A stretch of DNA of 248,000 nucleotides from Wallemia ichthyophaga EXF-994 (GCF_000400465.1 NW_008806285.1:20001-268000); one strand, 5' to 3'; positions 123,913-138,549 are shown, counted from the stretch's first letter. Notes: generated by a model from the letters alone, not told the origin. Made by a program: numbers and translations.

Positions 123913-124845
123913 TTATTCCCGCTTACTTACTTTCTTAGCAGCCTTTTTTGGTGGCTCTGGTTGTGGCTCTGGCTCTGATTCAGATTCTGAAGAGTCAGAC
124001 TCGGATGAACCTGATCCCGATGAGTCAGATTCTGAAGAGCCTGAGCCTGATTCAGATTCTGAAGACTCCTCCGACTCTTGTGCTGGCTCTGGTTGCTTTT
124101 CTTCTTTCTTTGGCTTGGATGTCTTGGATGCTGGAGCCGTCTCCTTCTTCTCATCCATCTTGCTAGCAGTAGCTTTTGAGGACTTTGGCTCATCCTTTGC
124201 AATCTTCTTCTCCTCCTTCGTATCTTGCTTTGGTTTTTTCTCAGCTGGCTTCTTTGGAGCTGGCGTTGTTGAAAATCCTTCGTTCTCTCCTTTTTTGCGC
124301 CAGAGTGCCTCCCTACCAGACTTAACGTACTCATCTCTTTGCTGCTCAAACACATCAATTGACTTTTGGTACTTTTTGTTATATTTTTCTTTTTCAGCAG
124401 GATCAATTGAGTTCCACTCCTTGCCAACTTGACTCATGAATTGAGGTTGAGTTTGGGATGGATCTTTCTTGAGGCGCATGTCATTTTGGAAGAGGAGGTA
124501 AGCTGAAGCAGGTCTCTTTGGAGCTTCTGGGTCCTTTAAAGGCTTCAAACTCTTCTTTGTGAGTTGAAGATCCCTGTCGTTGTCGTAGAAGATTTTCTTG
124601 ATTACCCGTAATTGTGAGTCCATAGTTCTGGCTGTATTTGCGAGTGTCTCAAAGAGCGCATTTTCAAGTGGCGTATGCTCAATTGGTGGTTTCTCCTCCT
124701 TTGGTGAACCATCAGCAGAGCGCTTGTTTGAGGTTTGCGGTGATTGCTTTTTGTCACTTTCATCTTGCTTAACCTCTTTAACATCCTTCTTGGAGCCCTT
124801 TGGAGTTTTTGTAGGCGATTTGGTTGAGTTTGCTGCGACGGCCAT
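123913..124845 (-). CDS. HMG-box protein with acidic/Ser tail
   Basis: KDPEAPKRPASAYLLF..VGKEW..EKEKY. Confidence 0.88.
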   Translation of the reverse strand: MAVAANSTKSPTKTPKGSKKDVKEVKQDESDKKQSPQTSNKRSADGSPKEEKPPIEHTPLENALFETLANTARTMDSQLRVIKKIFYDNDRDLQLTKKSLKPLKDPEAPKRPASAYLLFQNDMRLKKDPSQTQPQFMSQVGKEWNSIDPAEKEKYNKKYQKSIDVFEQQRDEYVKSGREALWRKKGENEGFSTTPAPKKPAEKKPKQDTKEEKKIAKDEPKSSKATASKMDEKKETAPASKTSKPKKEEKQPEPAQESEESSESESGSGSSESDSSGSGSSESDSSESESEPEPQPEPPKKAAKKVSKRE

Positions 124846-125439
124846 AGTAAAAATTTGATTTCCCTATTAAATTTGTAGATGGAAGTTTGTTTGAAGGGGG
124901 GATGCGCGCGCGATTGAAATGTAATAGAACGGGGCGCTTCAAATTTAATAGGGAACCCCCATATTGAATGTGTAAAAATCATGAAGATGAATGATTTTTT
125001 TGAGCTTAATGAGATTTTTGGTGTTTGTGTGTGTGTGTGTGGTACTAGTGCTAGAGAATAGCAAAGCTAGAGAACTTGTTGGGCTGGCTGCAGACGTTGG
125101 TTACATCAACCCAACTAAGACAAGAAGAAATATGGAATTTAAAAGTGAAAAGAGTTTTGTGGCTTTTTATATGCCTCTACCGCTCCTTACCTCGCCTTAC
125201 TTCGCCTTTGCAAGTTAAAGTAGCGAACAATGGATTCAGCGAATGGGTTAAGAAAAGTGCTGATATTAGGTTATAAGATCAAATGAGCAGCTCAAAAGCA
125301 GATCAAGCCTTGAAATAGCAGCCTCAGATTGAGTAGCAAATTCTCGGGGTGTGTATAAAGGTTTTACCCTCTTGGACCTCAACACCCACCAACACTCATC
125401 AACACTCATCACAAGCAGAGAGATTGCAAGGTGCTCAAT

Positions 125440-128040
125440 ATGATGAGCGATGATAAAACTGAGTTTAATCAAATATTAGAAACGAACCCAGAATTCATAA
125501 ATTGGGCAAAGGTTAGTGATGCTTTGTGGCACGTGACCAATGGCTCAGGCGAGTTAAAGAAGGAAGCTATGTATCATCCACCAGATCAATCAGAATCTGT
125601 GTCGAAATACATTGAGAGACGCCTGGTTGAGAGGGGCTGGCCGAATGAGATTGAGCAGATACTTGTTCTAATTAGAGATGAATCTAATGGTCAGTTGATT
125701 TTACTATGGCGTTGTTTGATAAATGAATGTTTTCTTTGTGTATTAGTTCAACCAATCAGCGTACGCCATTTGATTCAAAGAGCAATTTACTGACGAATTC
125801 TACAGCAACAGTAACAGCAACAGTACATGATAATAATGAAAATTCAAGTAATCCGTAAGTACCAATTTCTACTCATAATTGAATGCCTGACTCACATCGC
125901 TTACTCATCAAGTAGCAAATCAAATACACCTAATCACACAGGATTAACAGAGGAACAGGAGGAATATAATATTATTACTGCCAAAGTCTATGACTCTATA
126001 AAGCAATTACCCCACAATCCCGTGCAAATTGCAAACACGATAATTAACTGCATCTTTAACGCAGTCTTTGAAGCTGATTCTAAAATCAGAATTCTGGCTT
126101 TGGAGGCTGCAAATAATGATCAGCTTGATATTCGCACTGAAAGTGAATACATAGATGTCTGGTCCGGCAATAAGAAAGCCATTAAATTATTGTCTGGCTG
126201 GTTTAAAGATGCTTGCTCGACACACAAATCTGATATTGAAGAATGGAAGCCAACTCAGCTCCCTTTATTGTTGGTGAGTTTCTCTTCAAATTCCACTCTA
126301 AACCACCCAACTAACGTGAACCAGTTCCTGACTAAAATTAACTTTGAAACCGAGAAAATTAAACAAGAAGATTTCTTAAGTCTCGTTAAAGTGTTGTGTG
126401 CTTCACCTGACCCAAGTATGCTATCGTCTTTTTGTGAGAAATGTCTTTGACAAGCCACAGATGTTGCAGAAGCAGCCAGGAACTTGGAGCACAAGTGGAC
126501 CCAGCAGGTGTCACCGCCGCTACCACAGGGAAGAAGCTCAAGGTCGAGTTCCAAGCGCTCGATCGAGACAGCCAACGATGGTGGGTGAAGGGTGGATGAA
126601 AATTTTCTCAACTAACTCGAGCCTCGTAGAATCATCCAAGAAGGTGAAAGTGGAAGGAAAGCCACCGGCCACTCTCTTTCCCAGTGCCAAGTCTACAATA
126701 TCGAAGCTGCCGTCCTTCAAAAAGGCACCCAAGGTGCAGGAGATACCAGGAGTACATACGCAAGCGCCAGCGCAAGAAGGGAAGAGTAGTACACGTGCAT
126801 CTCCTCAACAAGCGCCGCCATCTGCAGCAGCCAGCAGAGCGACACCAGTGAACAAACAAAACCCATTCGCCGATTCGCTGGCCATGATGAGTCAAGAGCA
126901 CCAGAAGAAGCGCCCAACATTCAACGACCACCCGGCCAGGCCACCGCCAGGACAGCGGGAACAGCGAGAGCAAGAGAAGCGCGCGGCGGAGTCGGCAGCG
127001 GATAGTGCGAAGAAGGCCAACAGTAAATCCGTACGATGGATGCCTGAGCGTGAGCTAGTCAGTGTGAGGTGGATCGAGAGCCGTGCGGAGCAAGATGACG
127101 TGAGTAGTTTGTGGAATGTGCTATTATCGGGTATGCTGACGCAGCGCAGCACCACGAACACCTCGGCGACGCTAAGCAACTCGAAGTAGACGAGGGAGCT
127201 ATGCTTAAGAAACATATCACGTCTGTCGACGAAGATCAACCAGAGGAGTATGACATTCAGGGACAAGCGGGTAATCAAGCGCAGACGTACGCACAATCAC
127301 AATCACTACCACACCAAACACCCCCTTCTACACCTCAAAAGCGCACCAAAGATATCAGACAGTGGTTCGAGCCGTATATCTGCGAGAGAAATCTGGATGA
127401 CCAGGCAGAATTAACGTCATCCGAGAAAGAAGTACAGGAGCAGAGAGAAGCGACGACGATAATGGCTACATATCTCACAGAAGATCAAATACCATTCACA
127501 CCAGCAGAGCCCAAGAGGGTGCTTGATTCGAGGAATGACGATGGAAAAACAACAGTGATGATAAAGTCAGACACAGCAGATGAAGCTCCGCCAGTAGCTG
127601 GTGGAATTAGTGCACCTTTAAATAGTATACCACCCACACAATTTGGTTCTTCATTCGGCTCAATACCTCCAACGAACAGCATCCAGCCTGAGCAGCAGAT
127701 GATGCTCCATAATATACTAACAGGTAATACGAATGCGGGTGGATTGCCTAATTTCTCCGCTTATGACCTCCCGCCTAAGTCCAAGGCGTTTTATCAGCAT
127801 GGGGAGAGGGAGAGGAAGGGCAGTGGAAGTTATGGAGGTGGCTATGGAGGTGGATATAGCGGCGGCTATGGCGGTGGCTACGGTACCAACTACAGCGCTA
127901 ATCACAGCCCCGACAGCAGTCTCAACATTGGCTCAAATGGCTCAAACAACTACTACCAAAAACCAAAATACGAATGTAAATTCTACAGACAGGGAAACTG
128001 TACCAAGGGGAGTAGGTGTACGTTCAAGCATTCAGCATAG
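125440..128040 (+). CDS. PNUTS/Ppn1-like PP1 regulator with C-terminal CCCH finger
   Basis: KSVRW (RVxF-type) motif followed by ELVSVRWIE; terminal CKFYRQGNCTKGSRCTFKH. Confidence 0.6.
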
Positions 128041-128119
128041 CATTTTCACTCTTTTTTGTAACACCTTGTGTATTTTTACAGTTATTATCCTATTAGGGAT
128101 GAAAATTGATATAAAGACC

Positions 128120-130265
128120 CTACTTAGACGCCAGCTTGCTGCCGATAAAGGCGACGAGGACGGCTGAGCCAGCAAAGGCGATGGCGGCGGGGAGGAGAAG
128201 GTCTCTGGGTATTCCAAGTACATCAGCGTCTGTGTGACCCTTTGAAGAAGCGGGTGATTTGTTTGTGTGCTCCTCTACAGGCACGCTCGTATGAGCCTCG
128301 TGAGGAAGCTTTTCCTCCACCTCCCTCTCACCATTCTTCTCAATCTCCTCGACGTCCCTGACGCACTGTGACTGGTGGATGTTCTCGTCCCTCACGACCA
128401 CCGCCGGCGTCTCGTCCGTTGGCTTGACTACCTCGACCGCCTCCCAACCCCTGCCACCGTTGACAATGAGGAGGACGCGCGACTGGCGTTTCTTTTGCGC
128501 GACAACGACGGCGTCTTTAACATCGGAATCAGCGTCGAGCACGACGTGATCGCCGTCATCATCCTCGTAGAGCAGGGCGAAGTCGTACGGATCGGGCATG
128601 TCGAGGTCGTGTACAGGTGTTGATTCCACGTGTTGCGAGAAAAACGGATCAGTGGATAGCTTGGAAGGGGGTTTTGTGTCAGTGTGAAATGTTTTTCCGT
128701 AATCCTCCACTCACCTTGCCTGCTACTATATCGCGCAGATGCTCCAGCGATAGTGTAGGCGACTCGAAGCGATGGATGCGCTGGGATGGGCTGACGAACT
128801 TGAACACTGCGACTTGAGCATGTTCATCGGTGGCTTGAGCGTTGCTACCCGTAACAGCCTCTGACTCCATAAGGGACGTATTGAGTCCGACCTGGGATGT
128901 CTCCTCATGGTCGACGACCGACGCTGAGTCGTTAGGGTGGAGTTCGCTATCATTGCGCCCGTTGGGTGAACCCACATCGCGGGAGCCAGAAACAGCTGAC
129001 TCTGCATCATCGGGAGCTGCGGCGAGCGTGCCGAAAAACTTGCCCCACATAGGACCACCCTCCTCTTGCTCCGCGCCGCCATCCTCTGCCGACATGGCGT
129101 TGATCTGCTCAAGAATTGCGTAGGTGAGTTTGAGGACGTCGACAATAGCCACCAGTCTGCCCTCGTCGACGACAGGCATATTGAGATAGTGGCCTGCGTA
129201 CATCTTGCGCAGAGCCTCTTGAATTGTCATGCTAGGTGGAGCTCTGTCGGGATGAGGAGTCATGACGCGCACGACGCTGCAGCGATCAGGCTGCAAACCC
129301 GCAGCAATCACCCTAAGCACGACGTCTTTCGAGGTGAATATACCAGCTATTTTGGCCTGCTCGCCTCCAACACCCGTGTCCATTACGCAGACGGCCGTCG
129401 TGCGGTGCTGCTTCATGATGCGCGCCGCCTCGCGCACGCTCGTACGCACGGAAACGGTGGCAGGGTGGGTGCGAGCGTCGAGCACAGAGTGCAGCTCAGG
129501 AAGGGCCATACGGTCGCGCAAGGCGTCTACGTAGTTCATCATAGCGGACGCCTGGCGCGTGTGCGTGTTGCCCCCGAGCTCGTTCTGCACGCCTTCCAGC
129601 GCCGTGTATAGCTTCTGCGACGCGCCGTAACCTCGCTCGATCTTGTCGAGGGCCTCGTTGAACACACGCGTAATGTCGAGCAGCCCCACTACATCCCCGT
129701 CATCGTTGCATACGGGTAGGTGACGGAAGGCGCGCGACACCATCAACTGGAGAGCATCAGTGGCGCTGGAGGAGTCACGCGTGACGAGCGGGTTGGGCGT
129801 CATGATTTGCGAGACGGGTGTGTGGCGCGTGTCCATGTTCTCGGCTACCACCCTGAATGCTAGATCCTTGGCGGTGAAGATGCCGCAAAGCGACTCGTCA
129901 TCGTCTACGACTAGGACACAGTCGGTACGCTTGGCAGCACAGAGCTGGGAGGCGTCGGCGACTGAGATGGAGTCGGGGACAGTGAGAGCAGGGGAAGGCT
130001 TGAGGGCGGCGACAGAGCCTGGCTGCTTCTGGTTGCGCTTGGGCTGTCTACTGGAATGCTTTCTGTTGGAGTGGGTGGACTGGGTGGAGCCAGGGCGCTT
130101 CTTGCCCAACTCAGTCTCGATCTTGCGCCTGAGAGCCTCGTCTTTCTGCGTGTTGCGCTTTCTGCGGTTGTCTGGAAGTGGAGATGGGGAATCAGACATG
130201 GCTGGAGATGGTGAGAGTGGTCTGGAGGAGAGGGATGAAGGGTTGCGCTGGGGGATGCGTGACAT
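128120..130265 (-). CDS. CBS and PB1 domain protein (Mug70-like)
   Basis: Four CBS repeats (GIFTAKDLAFRV, GIFTSKDVVLRV), PB1-like domains, C-terminal TM. Confidence 0.88.
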
Positions 130266-130368
130266 GTTAAAATTTAGATGATGGTGGTTTGAACGGAGGA
130301 ATATCACTGGCCATCTCGAGCATCTCCCAGCACACACGACTCTCACCGCGACGACGACGACGACGACG

Positions 130369-130881
130369 ATGCTCGGATTGAAATCGACGATGAATGTGGG
130401 GCGTGCGTGCTAGAATATAAACAGGGCTAACGACACACACAAGATAATAGACAACTCAGGCGCTCTGGTTGCAGAAGTCATCAACGTCCTCAAAGTCAAG
130501 TCTGGCAGTGGCATTGGCAGCGTCGGGGATGAGTGCGTGGTGGTCATCCAATCAGCCAAACCGATCCCCGCGAATCTCAACATATCTGCAAATTCACCTG
130601 CAGCAGCCAACAAGATCAGGAAGGGCGATATACGCAGAGCTGTGATTGTACGCACAAAGCAGCAGATTAGAAGACCAGATGGCCGCTTTGTCAGGTTCGA
130701 CGACAACGCAGGTGTTCTCATAAACCCTAAGAAGGAGCTTCTCGGCTCTAGGATCTCAGGCGTAATTGCTAACGAGGTGAGGCAGAAGGGCTGGGGGAAG
130801 ATTGCGTCTGTTGCGCCCAAGGTGAGTGTGGTGTAGATTACATGATGATTAGACTAACACTCGGAACCACAGCTACTCTAG
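130369..130881 (+). CDS. MRPL38: Mitochondrial ribosomal protein uL14m
   Basis: [14 protein letters not shown]; [15 protein letters not shown]; KIASVAPK. Confidence 0.92.
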
Positions 130882-130918
130882 TAAGGCATTGCAATATGTA
130901 TTTATAGATAATCATTCA

Positions 130919-132375
130919 TTATTCCTCATATCTGGCCACTCGATACACACGCATAGTCTCTTTGGCTCCTTTTGAGTGTTTGTTAACCAGTCCATCGAAA
131001 GCCCGCGTTGAATCCTTGATGCGCTTACCCGTCGCGCTGATACTCCACTCCGTCAGTATCCCCCGTCCACCAGGATGTGAGTCAGCGTAAGGCGTAGCGT
131101 CAACGATGAATCCATCGATCAGCAGCAGTAGCTGTTTTCCACCTTGTCCAGCATGTTCTCCGCTAGCCCTCGCCCTTTCTCTCACCTCACCAGCACCCCA
131201 CACGGGCAACTCGCTCTCGCTTCTCGCAACATTCTCCTTAGGTATCCTCTCATGCAGCCTGCTCGCCTCGAGCGACAGCATACCCGCCTTAGCTTTGAGG
131301 TAGTCTGTGTCAGTGATGCGATGCAGATACGGGATCTGGTTGGTGAGTGCGTGGAGCAAGTGCAGCACCCAAGCGCTCGGATCCCAATCGCCACGCGCCG
131401 GTCCGTTCCTATAATCGTGCGGGAATGCGTGGTGGAAATTGTGGTTGCCCTCGCCCGACGTGCACAGCGCGATGAAAAGCGTCCCCCGACTGCTATTTTC
131501 CTCGCTATAGGGCTGATCGCCGATGTAGTGCGCGAGCGAGTTGATCATCTGGAGTGCGAGTGTGAGTGTGAGTATGAGTATCGTGGCTACTATCTACTCA
131601 CAAAAGTGCAGTGCCAAATAAGCAGTCGTGCGACCAGACCACCCCACACGAATCCGCCGAGCGCATCGCCCCACTGCCGAGCCGCCACGGCGGGCAGGAG
131701 GAGACCGGCGGTGAGAGCGATGGGTATGTAATGGCGATGCTGGAATCGGACTACGGGATCGCTCTCCAAGTCACCCTTGTCGATCATCTTCATACGCGGA
131801 TACGCGCGTTTGTAGTAAATCCACCCGCAGTGACTCCAGAACAACCCCAGCTGCGCAGAGTACGGATCGTGGACGGGATCGTCGGTGAAGCGGTGGTGTA
131901 GCCGATGACGCACCACCCACCTTATGTAATGTAATTAGAAGGCGCGTTGGTTTATACACAGCGCACAGCTTACTCACCACTTTATACTCCCTTGGAAACC
132001 AAGTGAGCCCATGAAAGCCAGCGCTGTCCGTAGCGGTAGACGCGCTGTATACGCCTTGTGACTCCATAACCGGTGGTAACCCAGTGTGATGCTGGGGATA
132101 GCGTGAGTGAGATATTTGACACCACTAATACACCCCAACCCACCCAAACGAAGCCAGCTGCCAGGATGCTACACACAGCGCAAGCGTGTAAGTGTGCAGA
132201 TCGCGCCAGGGTGATAGAACCACTGCGCCATACACAGCAGCCACGTGCATCCCCGTAAAGAATATGGCGTTCGACCTGCGATATGGTTATTCATCTGTTG
132301 CCACTATCACAGACCAACTGACCACCATATTTCATCTTTGGGGACTCTTTGGGGTGTTGTGGCTGTTGATGACAT
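130919..132375 (-). CDS. OLE1: Delta-9 fatty acid desaturase with cytochrome b5 domain
   Basis: His boxes HRLHH and HNFHH; GEGNHN; HPGG. Confidence 0.88.
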
Positions 132376-133269
132376 TTGCCTTGCTTTATTTTGCTGCTTG
132401 TTCTCTTTGCCGTCCCTCTGAGTGAGATTACTGCCGTGGCCGTGTTTTTTCAAGTGGGCTGGTTATCTGATGCGCGATGAGGAGATGGTTATGGATTTAA
132501 CCGGTGGATATGTGCCGTGAGTTATCTTAGCCGTCTCAGCATACAACCAACACTAATGCGCTCTCATGCATCTCACTGCCGCCCACGATTCGAGACACTC
132601 GGTCGCTATTGACGTCGTTTGGGTGGCCGATAACGGAGTGTATATCGGAGTAGTACATACGCATGTCATATAGTTATATTTTAAAATGACACAGGCCATC
132701 GATTAGGTTCGACTGCACTTGGCCGACAGCTGGCGTGAAGCGGGGGAGCAGGAGTAGTGGGCAGTGAGTCTGTTGGCGTAATTGTTATTTTAGCTGTAGC
132801 TGTGTGTAGCGCACCTGTATCGCACCTATTCCATATATATCCAAACGCACAGTGCCTGCGTCATGTAACTTGCCAGGGCTCGTGCGAGATACGGCGGAGA
132901 AGGGGAGCGTAAATGGGGGCGTGACCAGTGAGCTACCAAAGCGAATCACAACTCCTAAACCACCCGAAGTAAAACCAATCCGGCGAAACACAATCTGGAT
133001 GAAATTGCAACCGAGACTGTATGATGTGTTTGTTTTACAAGTACATGAGGTGGAAGCAATTACTGGGTTGTATTAATGTCGTATATGCTATATGGCAGCT
133101 AGCAGCACTTGCCCACACGGCCACTGGGCATTACTAGGCCAATTGGTACACGCTCAGTTGGCCGACGGCGAAGACATTTGCGTGCCATGGTGGAGACATA
133201 GCTATCTTGTAGACATCCAACACACTGGGTGATCACACCGTTCACAACACTAATTATACTGATATCACA

Positions 133270-134826
133270 ATGTCCACTACTACACAACCCAGTCTACTGT
133301 CTGTGCACCTTCGCAGGGCGGGTGTGGGTACAAACAATAGGCCGGATAGAGACAGCAAGGCAGTCCAAGACAAGGTCGATGCAAGCAACGCAGATACAGC
133401 GTTTATATCACTCCCAGCTGTTTTTGAGGACGAACCAGAGTTTCCAGCGCAGGCTGACGGAGAGCACAGGGATTATACTCCACTCAGCTCACCTCCTACC
133501 ACGCCGCATCTCAGTTTCATTATTTCAAAGCCACGCTCTGCACCCAGCGATCAGTCTGGTAGGCTGGCCAGCCAACAGTCATCCACCACACCGCCGGAAC
133601 ATATTCATCATAGTAAACCACCCACTGTCTGGTGTCACAGACTCAACAGCCAGAAGGACCACGCAAGCGACCATCACCCCAAGTCTGAGTCTAATAAGTT
133701 GTACAATCTGTTGAGATCCTTCTCAGTATCGTCTATGCCAGCGCTGTCGACGTCAGCGACGACAGCCAACACAGCCACCACGCTGATAGAGCCATCGACG
133801 CCACCATGTGCGCAGACTTGGCAGAGGAGGAAGGTAAGTGATGTTTGAGTTTAATGCGATGACGTCAAATTAACACACACGCAGTCATCAAACAGCTCCC
133901 TGCCCTCCCTGCCCTCACTGTCCTCCTTCTCAACAACAACTGCGCCGCCCACGGCCACGCCCAAAGCGGCCCAGTCCACGCTCGTTGACACGACGAGCGC
134001 CACCGCGCAGATGATCAAGTACGATGCGCAAGTCGAGCGAAAGCGGATGAGTTTGAGTGACGACGCGGAGGAGATGCGCCGGAGAAACACGCTATGGCGA
134101 CGCATAGGCGGATACGTGGTAGACACGCATAGTCAAACGCACACGGACAGCGCCGCACTCCTCAACAGTCAGATACGGCAAGAGGAACGTTTTCCCGATA
134201 GCCTGACGGAGCGACTGCGTAACGTCAAGGCACGCTGGTCACTCTCTATCTCGGAAGCACGCTCCGAGGGTCGCGCGCAGGCCGTTGCGCTGCTCAGAGA
134301 TGCTCGCATTCTCTACCGCGAAATGAAGATTGAGGGTAGTGGTGGGGTGCTGGACGGTGATGTATTTCACTCTTACTCTCCCTCACCCTCTCAATCTACA
134401 GCTACTAAATCTCCCCGCTGCGATCACTGCTGCGCCCTCCATAGCGGAGGTCCTTACGAATGCGACCTTAATCGTCAGATCCGCGCTGGGCGCGCACACG
134501 AACGCGAGAAGAGACGCATTAAGTCGTGGATCGAATTGCACCTCACCGCTCTTAAACTCAACGTTGGCAACTGGGATAAGATCAATTGCCCTCATCCTCT
134601 CTCCCACATCAAGAAATTCGAATACGGCGCTGACCTCTGCACATCCTCGGGTCTCTCTTCCAAGTCATGGCTAGAAATACAGGGCGACACGGACAGAGAG
134701 AGGAACGAAGCCCTGTTAGAGTCGCGCGAATTCGACTTTTGCCTCGAGTATCTTGCCCATTTCCACAGACACCAGATGAAAAAGAAGAAAAACACGTCTA
134801 GCTATAGACCACGTTCTTCTATTTAG
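133270..134826 (+). CDS. Hypothetical protein
   Basis: Two long in-strand exons; low-complexity N-terminus; no recognised domain. Confidence 0.45.
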
Positions 134827-135093
134827 CACTTTTTAACTATTTATTTTTACTCAATCACTCTTTCTCTCTCTCCAGCTGCTCAATCTACATTACGATCTTC
134901 ACGACCACCGAAAGCCATCTAATTCAGCCCGATTGGCTCTCGCTGCTTGTTCTACTAAACATGTTCTCTACTAATTATGCGTGTAATCTGCTATTTATTA
135001 TCTTCATGATTTATGCTTACAATGATGCTATATATGCCGCTGGTATACTGTGCTTAGACTACTTACTCACCCATACCCCACCACATCAACTCC

Positions 135094-137338
135094 TCAAGTG
135101 AAAGAATAGATACGTATATCGCGGTCATCTCCCGCGGTGACGATCTTATCTCCGCTGAGCTGCACAGCGGTGACAGCGCCCGCGTGGCCGACCAACGTTG
135201 CCAAGCATCTCCCAGTATCTGTATCCCACACCTTGACAGTACGATCGTGAGACGTGGAGACGATACGCAATCGATCAGCGTCGATGGACCAGATCCCTTT
135301 GATGAGTGTGAGTGAAAGTATAAGAAAGCGCCTTAGAATATCCCCACGCACCCTCTATATGACCGAATAGCGTGCGTGCACACCGCCCAGTATTCACATC
135401 CCATACTTTGACCGTGTTATCGAGTGCGCCGCTTACCAGCATCGGCACTGTTTCGTGAGATGCAGAAGTATCGCCGAGTATCTTGTCTACACTGCTCTGG
135501 CTCGACTCGACGAGGTTGTTGGTATTGTGAGAAGCAGACGGACCTTGTGCACCGCGATTAATATTCCCACCACTACCACCAACACCATTACTACTGTCGA
135601 GCACGCGCTGCAGTTTCGGCGCTCCACCTTCCTCATGCTCCGTCTGCGCCACCTCGAGCGTCTTGGAATCAACAAGTATCATCTTGATGTCTTGTACCTG
135701 CCCAACATGGCTGTCGAAGCTTCTGATGCACTCGCGGCTGCCAAGGCTCCACATTTTGATGGATCCGTCATCCGATGCGCTGAAGAGGATTTTCTGCGCC
135801 TCGCGGAGCTGTTCCGAGCCTGAAATTGAGCTGGAACTGGACACCATCCCATCCCAGATCTGCACGCTATTAACCCAATCGCGGTGCCCGCGCAGTGTGA
135901 AGCACTCAGCAGTCTTGAATCGCCAAACTTTCACAGTAGCATCCGCGGACCCCGAAGCAAGAACAGTTTTATCGAAATCGAGACAAACTACTCCCTCTCT
136001 ATGACCTTCTAAAGTACGTATACACTCTCCATTCCTCCAATTCCATATTTTGAGCGTCCTGTCCATACTCCCCGTTATCAACTTAGCTTCGTCGAATTTG
136101 AGTGTGCGTATACCGCGCGTATGTCCGCGCAGCACGCCTACCTGTGCACCTGTATCGAGATTCCACACGCGCGCTGTGCGGTCGTATGAGCCTGTGATAA
136201 GTGTCGGGGCGGGGTGAGCATGTTCGTCAAACTGCAGACACATCACTCCCTCAGTGTGACCGGAAAGTGTTTGCACCGTGTGTGTGCCCCGACGCCAATT
136301 GCGCTCAATCAGTAGTCGCTCCGTGTAAACCGCTTTCCAAGGTCGCGTCAGTGGCTTGCATGTGCCACCGACCCCGCTGCTGCTGCTCGGACTAACTGTC
136401 ATATTCGACGCTTTCTGCCGGATGGTATTCATCGGCGATGCTGAGCGCGATGGTGAGAGTGTGGGTGAGATTGAAGTGGAGTGCGTCGGCGATGTACGCG
136501 CTGATCTGTGTCGCTTTACGGGTCGGTCATCGACGTCCATGGTGTTGATTGTGTCTATTGTGTCAAATGGGTTTGGGGTGGCTGATGTGGCTGATGCACC
136601 CGGTGCACCCCCTGTACCATCATGCATCGCCAAATGGGCCGTGTGGCTCGCTAGTAAAGCTCTCTTGGCACTACCCACCTTGGTACTTGGCTCCTTCTGC
136701 AATTTGCGTCTCTTCTCGAGGAGAGGTAACCCCCAACCGCACTTCTCGCACTTGCGCTCGATATGCTGCTCACACATGTTACGCCAGAGGAGATCGTCAT
136801 CTGCGAGGTTCTTCCAGCTGCGACTGACTTGTGCAGCTCTAGCGAGGGAAATAGCGTCTAGATAGCCCATAATTTTGAGATTGAGTTCTCGTGGAAGGAG
136901 CATGAAAGGGTCAATTCTAATAAGATTGCCTAGCTCCTCGTAGAGATAGCTGAGTTGAGAGAAACAGCATGTTTGGAGGATACCTTTGAGGATGAGCACG
137001 CGGAGAGGACTGCTGGCTGCAGAAAACGAGGACCATATGGAAGTGACGGCTGAGCGCTGGTTTAGGGGTAGCTCATCGAGTGCTTGCTGTAGCTCAGCCG
137101 ATGCGCCCTCATCAGCCATATTCTTGTGGCGCAAACAGAGAGTCCTGCTGTCCTCCTCGCCAACAACGTTATCCTCTTCAGATCTCAGCCTGCCTTTGCC
137201 CTTATCCTGGGTATAAGAGTGGGAGTATTCGCTGTAGTCGTCATCGCACGCTTTCCTAGAAGACGAGAGAGATCTGGAGAGATCAGAGTGGGAGATGGCA
137301 ATATCAGAATTTGATTTCTTAATTTCTTCAGTGCCCAT
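135094..137338 (-). CDS. MET30: F-box/WD40 sulfur regulator Met30/SconB
   Basis: F-box LPRELNLKIMGYLD; MCEQHIERKCEKCGWGLP; WD40 repeats. Confidence 0.93.
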
Positions 137339-137434
137339 TAAACGGGTTTTGAGAGATGATGACTGTGAGGAACAGAGATGCGTGATGCGAGTGGCGCAAC
137401 AGACGAGATAAGCCCAAGAAAATATTCATTTATT

Positions 137435-138471
137435 CTAAGCAAGTACAACAGCCAATCCAACCAACGCTAATAATCCGGTTGACAAAACAGCTCTGGTTGA
137501 AGATGAGTCAGGGTCGGTGTTTTGTGCGCTGGTGTTGTCATCGTTGTCGTCGTTGTCGTCGTTGTCGTTTTCGTTGTCGTTGTCGCTGTTACCGCCACTG
137601 CCTGCAACGACTGAGCTTGGTGTGGCAGAGACAGACGCGGTGTTGACAGTTGAAGTAGGCTTAGCAGACACAGTGCTATCGCCAACCTCACAGATAAAGT
137701 AAGTCGCAGCGACAATCTTTGAGTTAGTGGAATCAATGTAGTCGGCAATGTTCATTTTACCGAGTGGAGTCTGGCTATCTAAGCCGTCTGGGGCCTGGAA
137801 GTCTTGTGGCTGCTTCAATAACAAAAATTGGTATCTGTGTGGACCACTGCCTCTTGCTGGGCCTGGACCTGTGTAGCTGGTGATAACCTTACCAGAGTCA
137901 CCGTCGTGGATTGCAACTCCATTGTCCGAGTCTGAGTCGTCGCTGTCGTCGCCATCACCGCCAACTGAAATGTTGTTCTCAAGGAAATGGCGTGTTTGGC
138001 CTGTAAATAGAATAAGCGTGGATCATCAAAGTGCTCAAATACACACCTTCTGATTGGTCTGCACCGTTGTAGTCTGCATCGATCAGTGCTAAAGTGTATT
138101 GTCCGTCAAGTGTAGCGTTTTCAGATGGGAGGTATCTAAACTCTGGCTTCTCTTGAACGGCTGTGGAGCGCGTGAGTATTTTAACTCCAAACTACCCCAA
138201 ACGCACCGTCCTTTGACAGACGCTGGCCCAAGCTCAGTGGCTCATCTTGGTTATCAAACTTGACCCAGAGAAGTCCTTGGAGATTGTTGAAATCCTCTGA
138301 CTGGAACTCATCCCCAATCAGTCCTGCTGCATTGAAGTCTGCCTGTATGTGTGTTAGTTGTGCCCATCAATAGCTAACTCGACCCACCTTTACTACTGCG
138401 AGTCTGCCTTCATCAACAGCGGCAACGGAAACACCTGCCAAAGCAGCGAGTAATAAAGATTTAATCAACAT
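137435..138471 (-). CDS. PEBP-family protein, secreted / GPI-like
   Basis: Signal peptide; YTLALIDAD; YTGPGPARGSGPHRYQFLL; Ser/Asp linker and hydrophobic tail. Confidence 0.85.
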
Positions 138472-138549
138472 TTTTAGATGATAGTTGTTCTGGTTTAAGA
138501 GGGTTCCTCAGCCTTCTGGGCCTTCTCCGCCTTCTTCAAACATCTTCAA

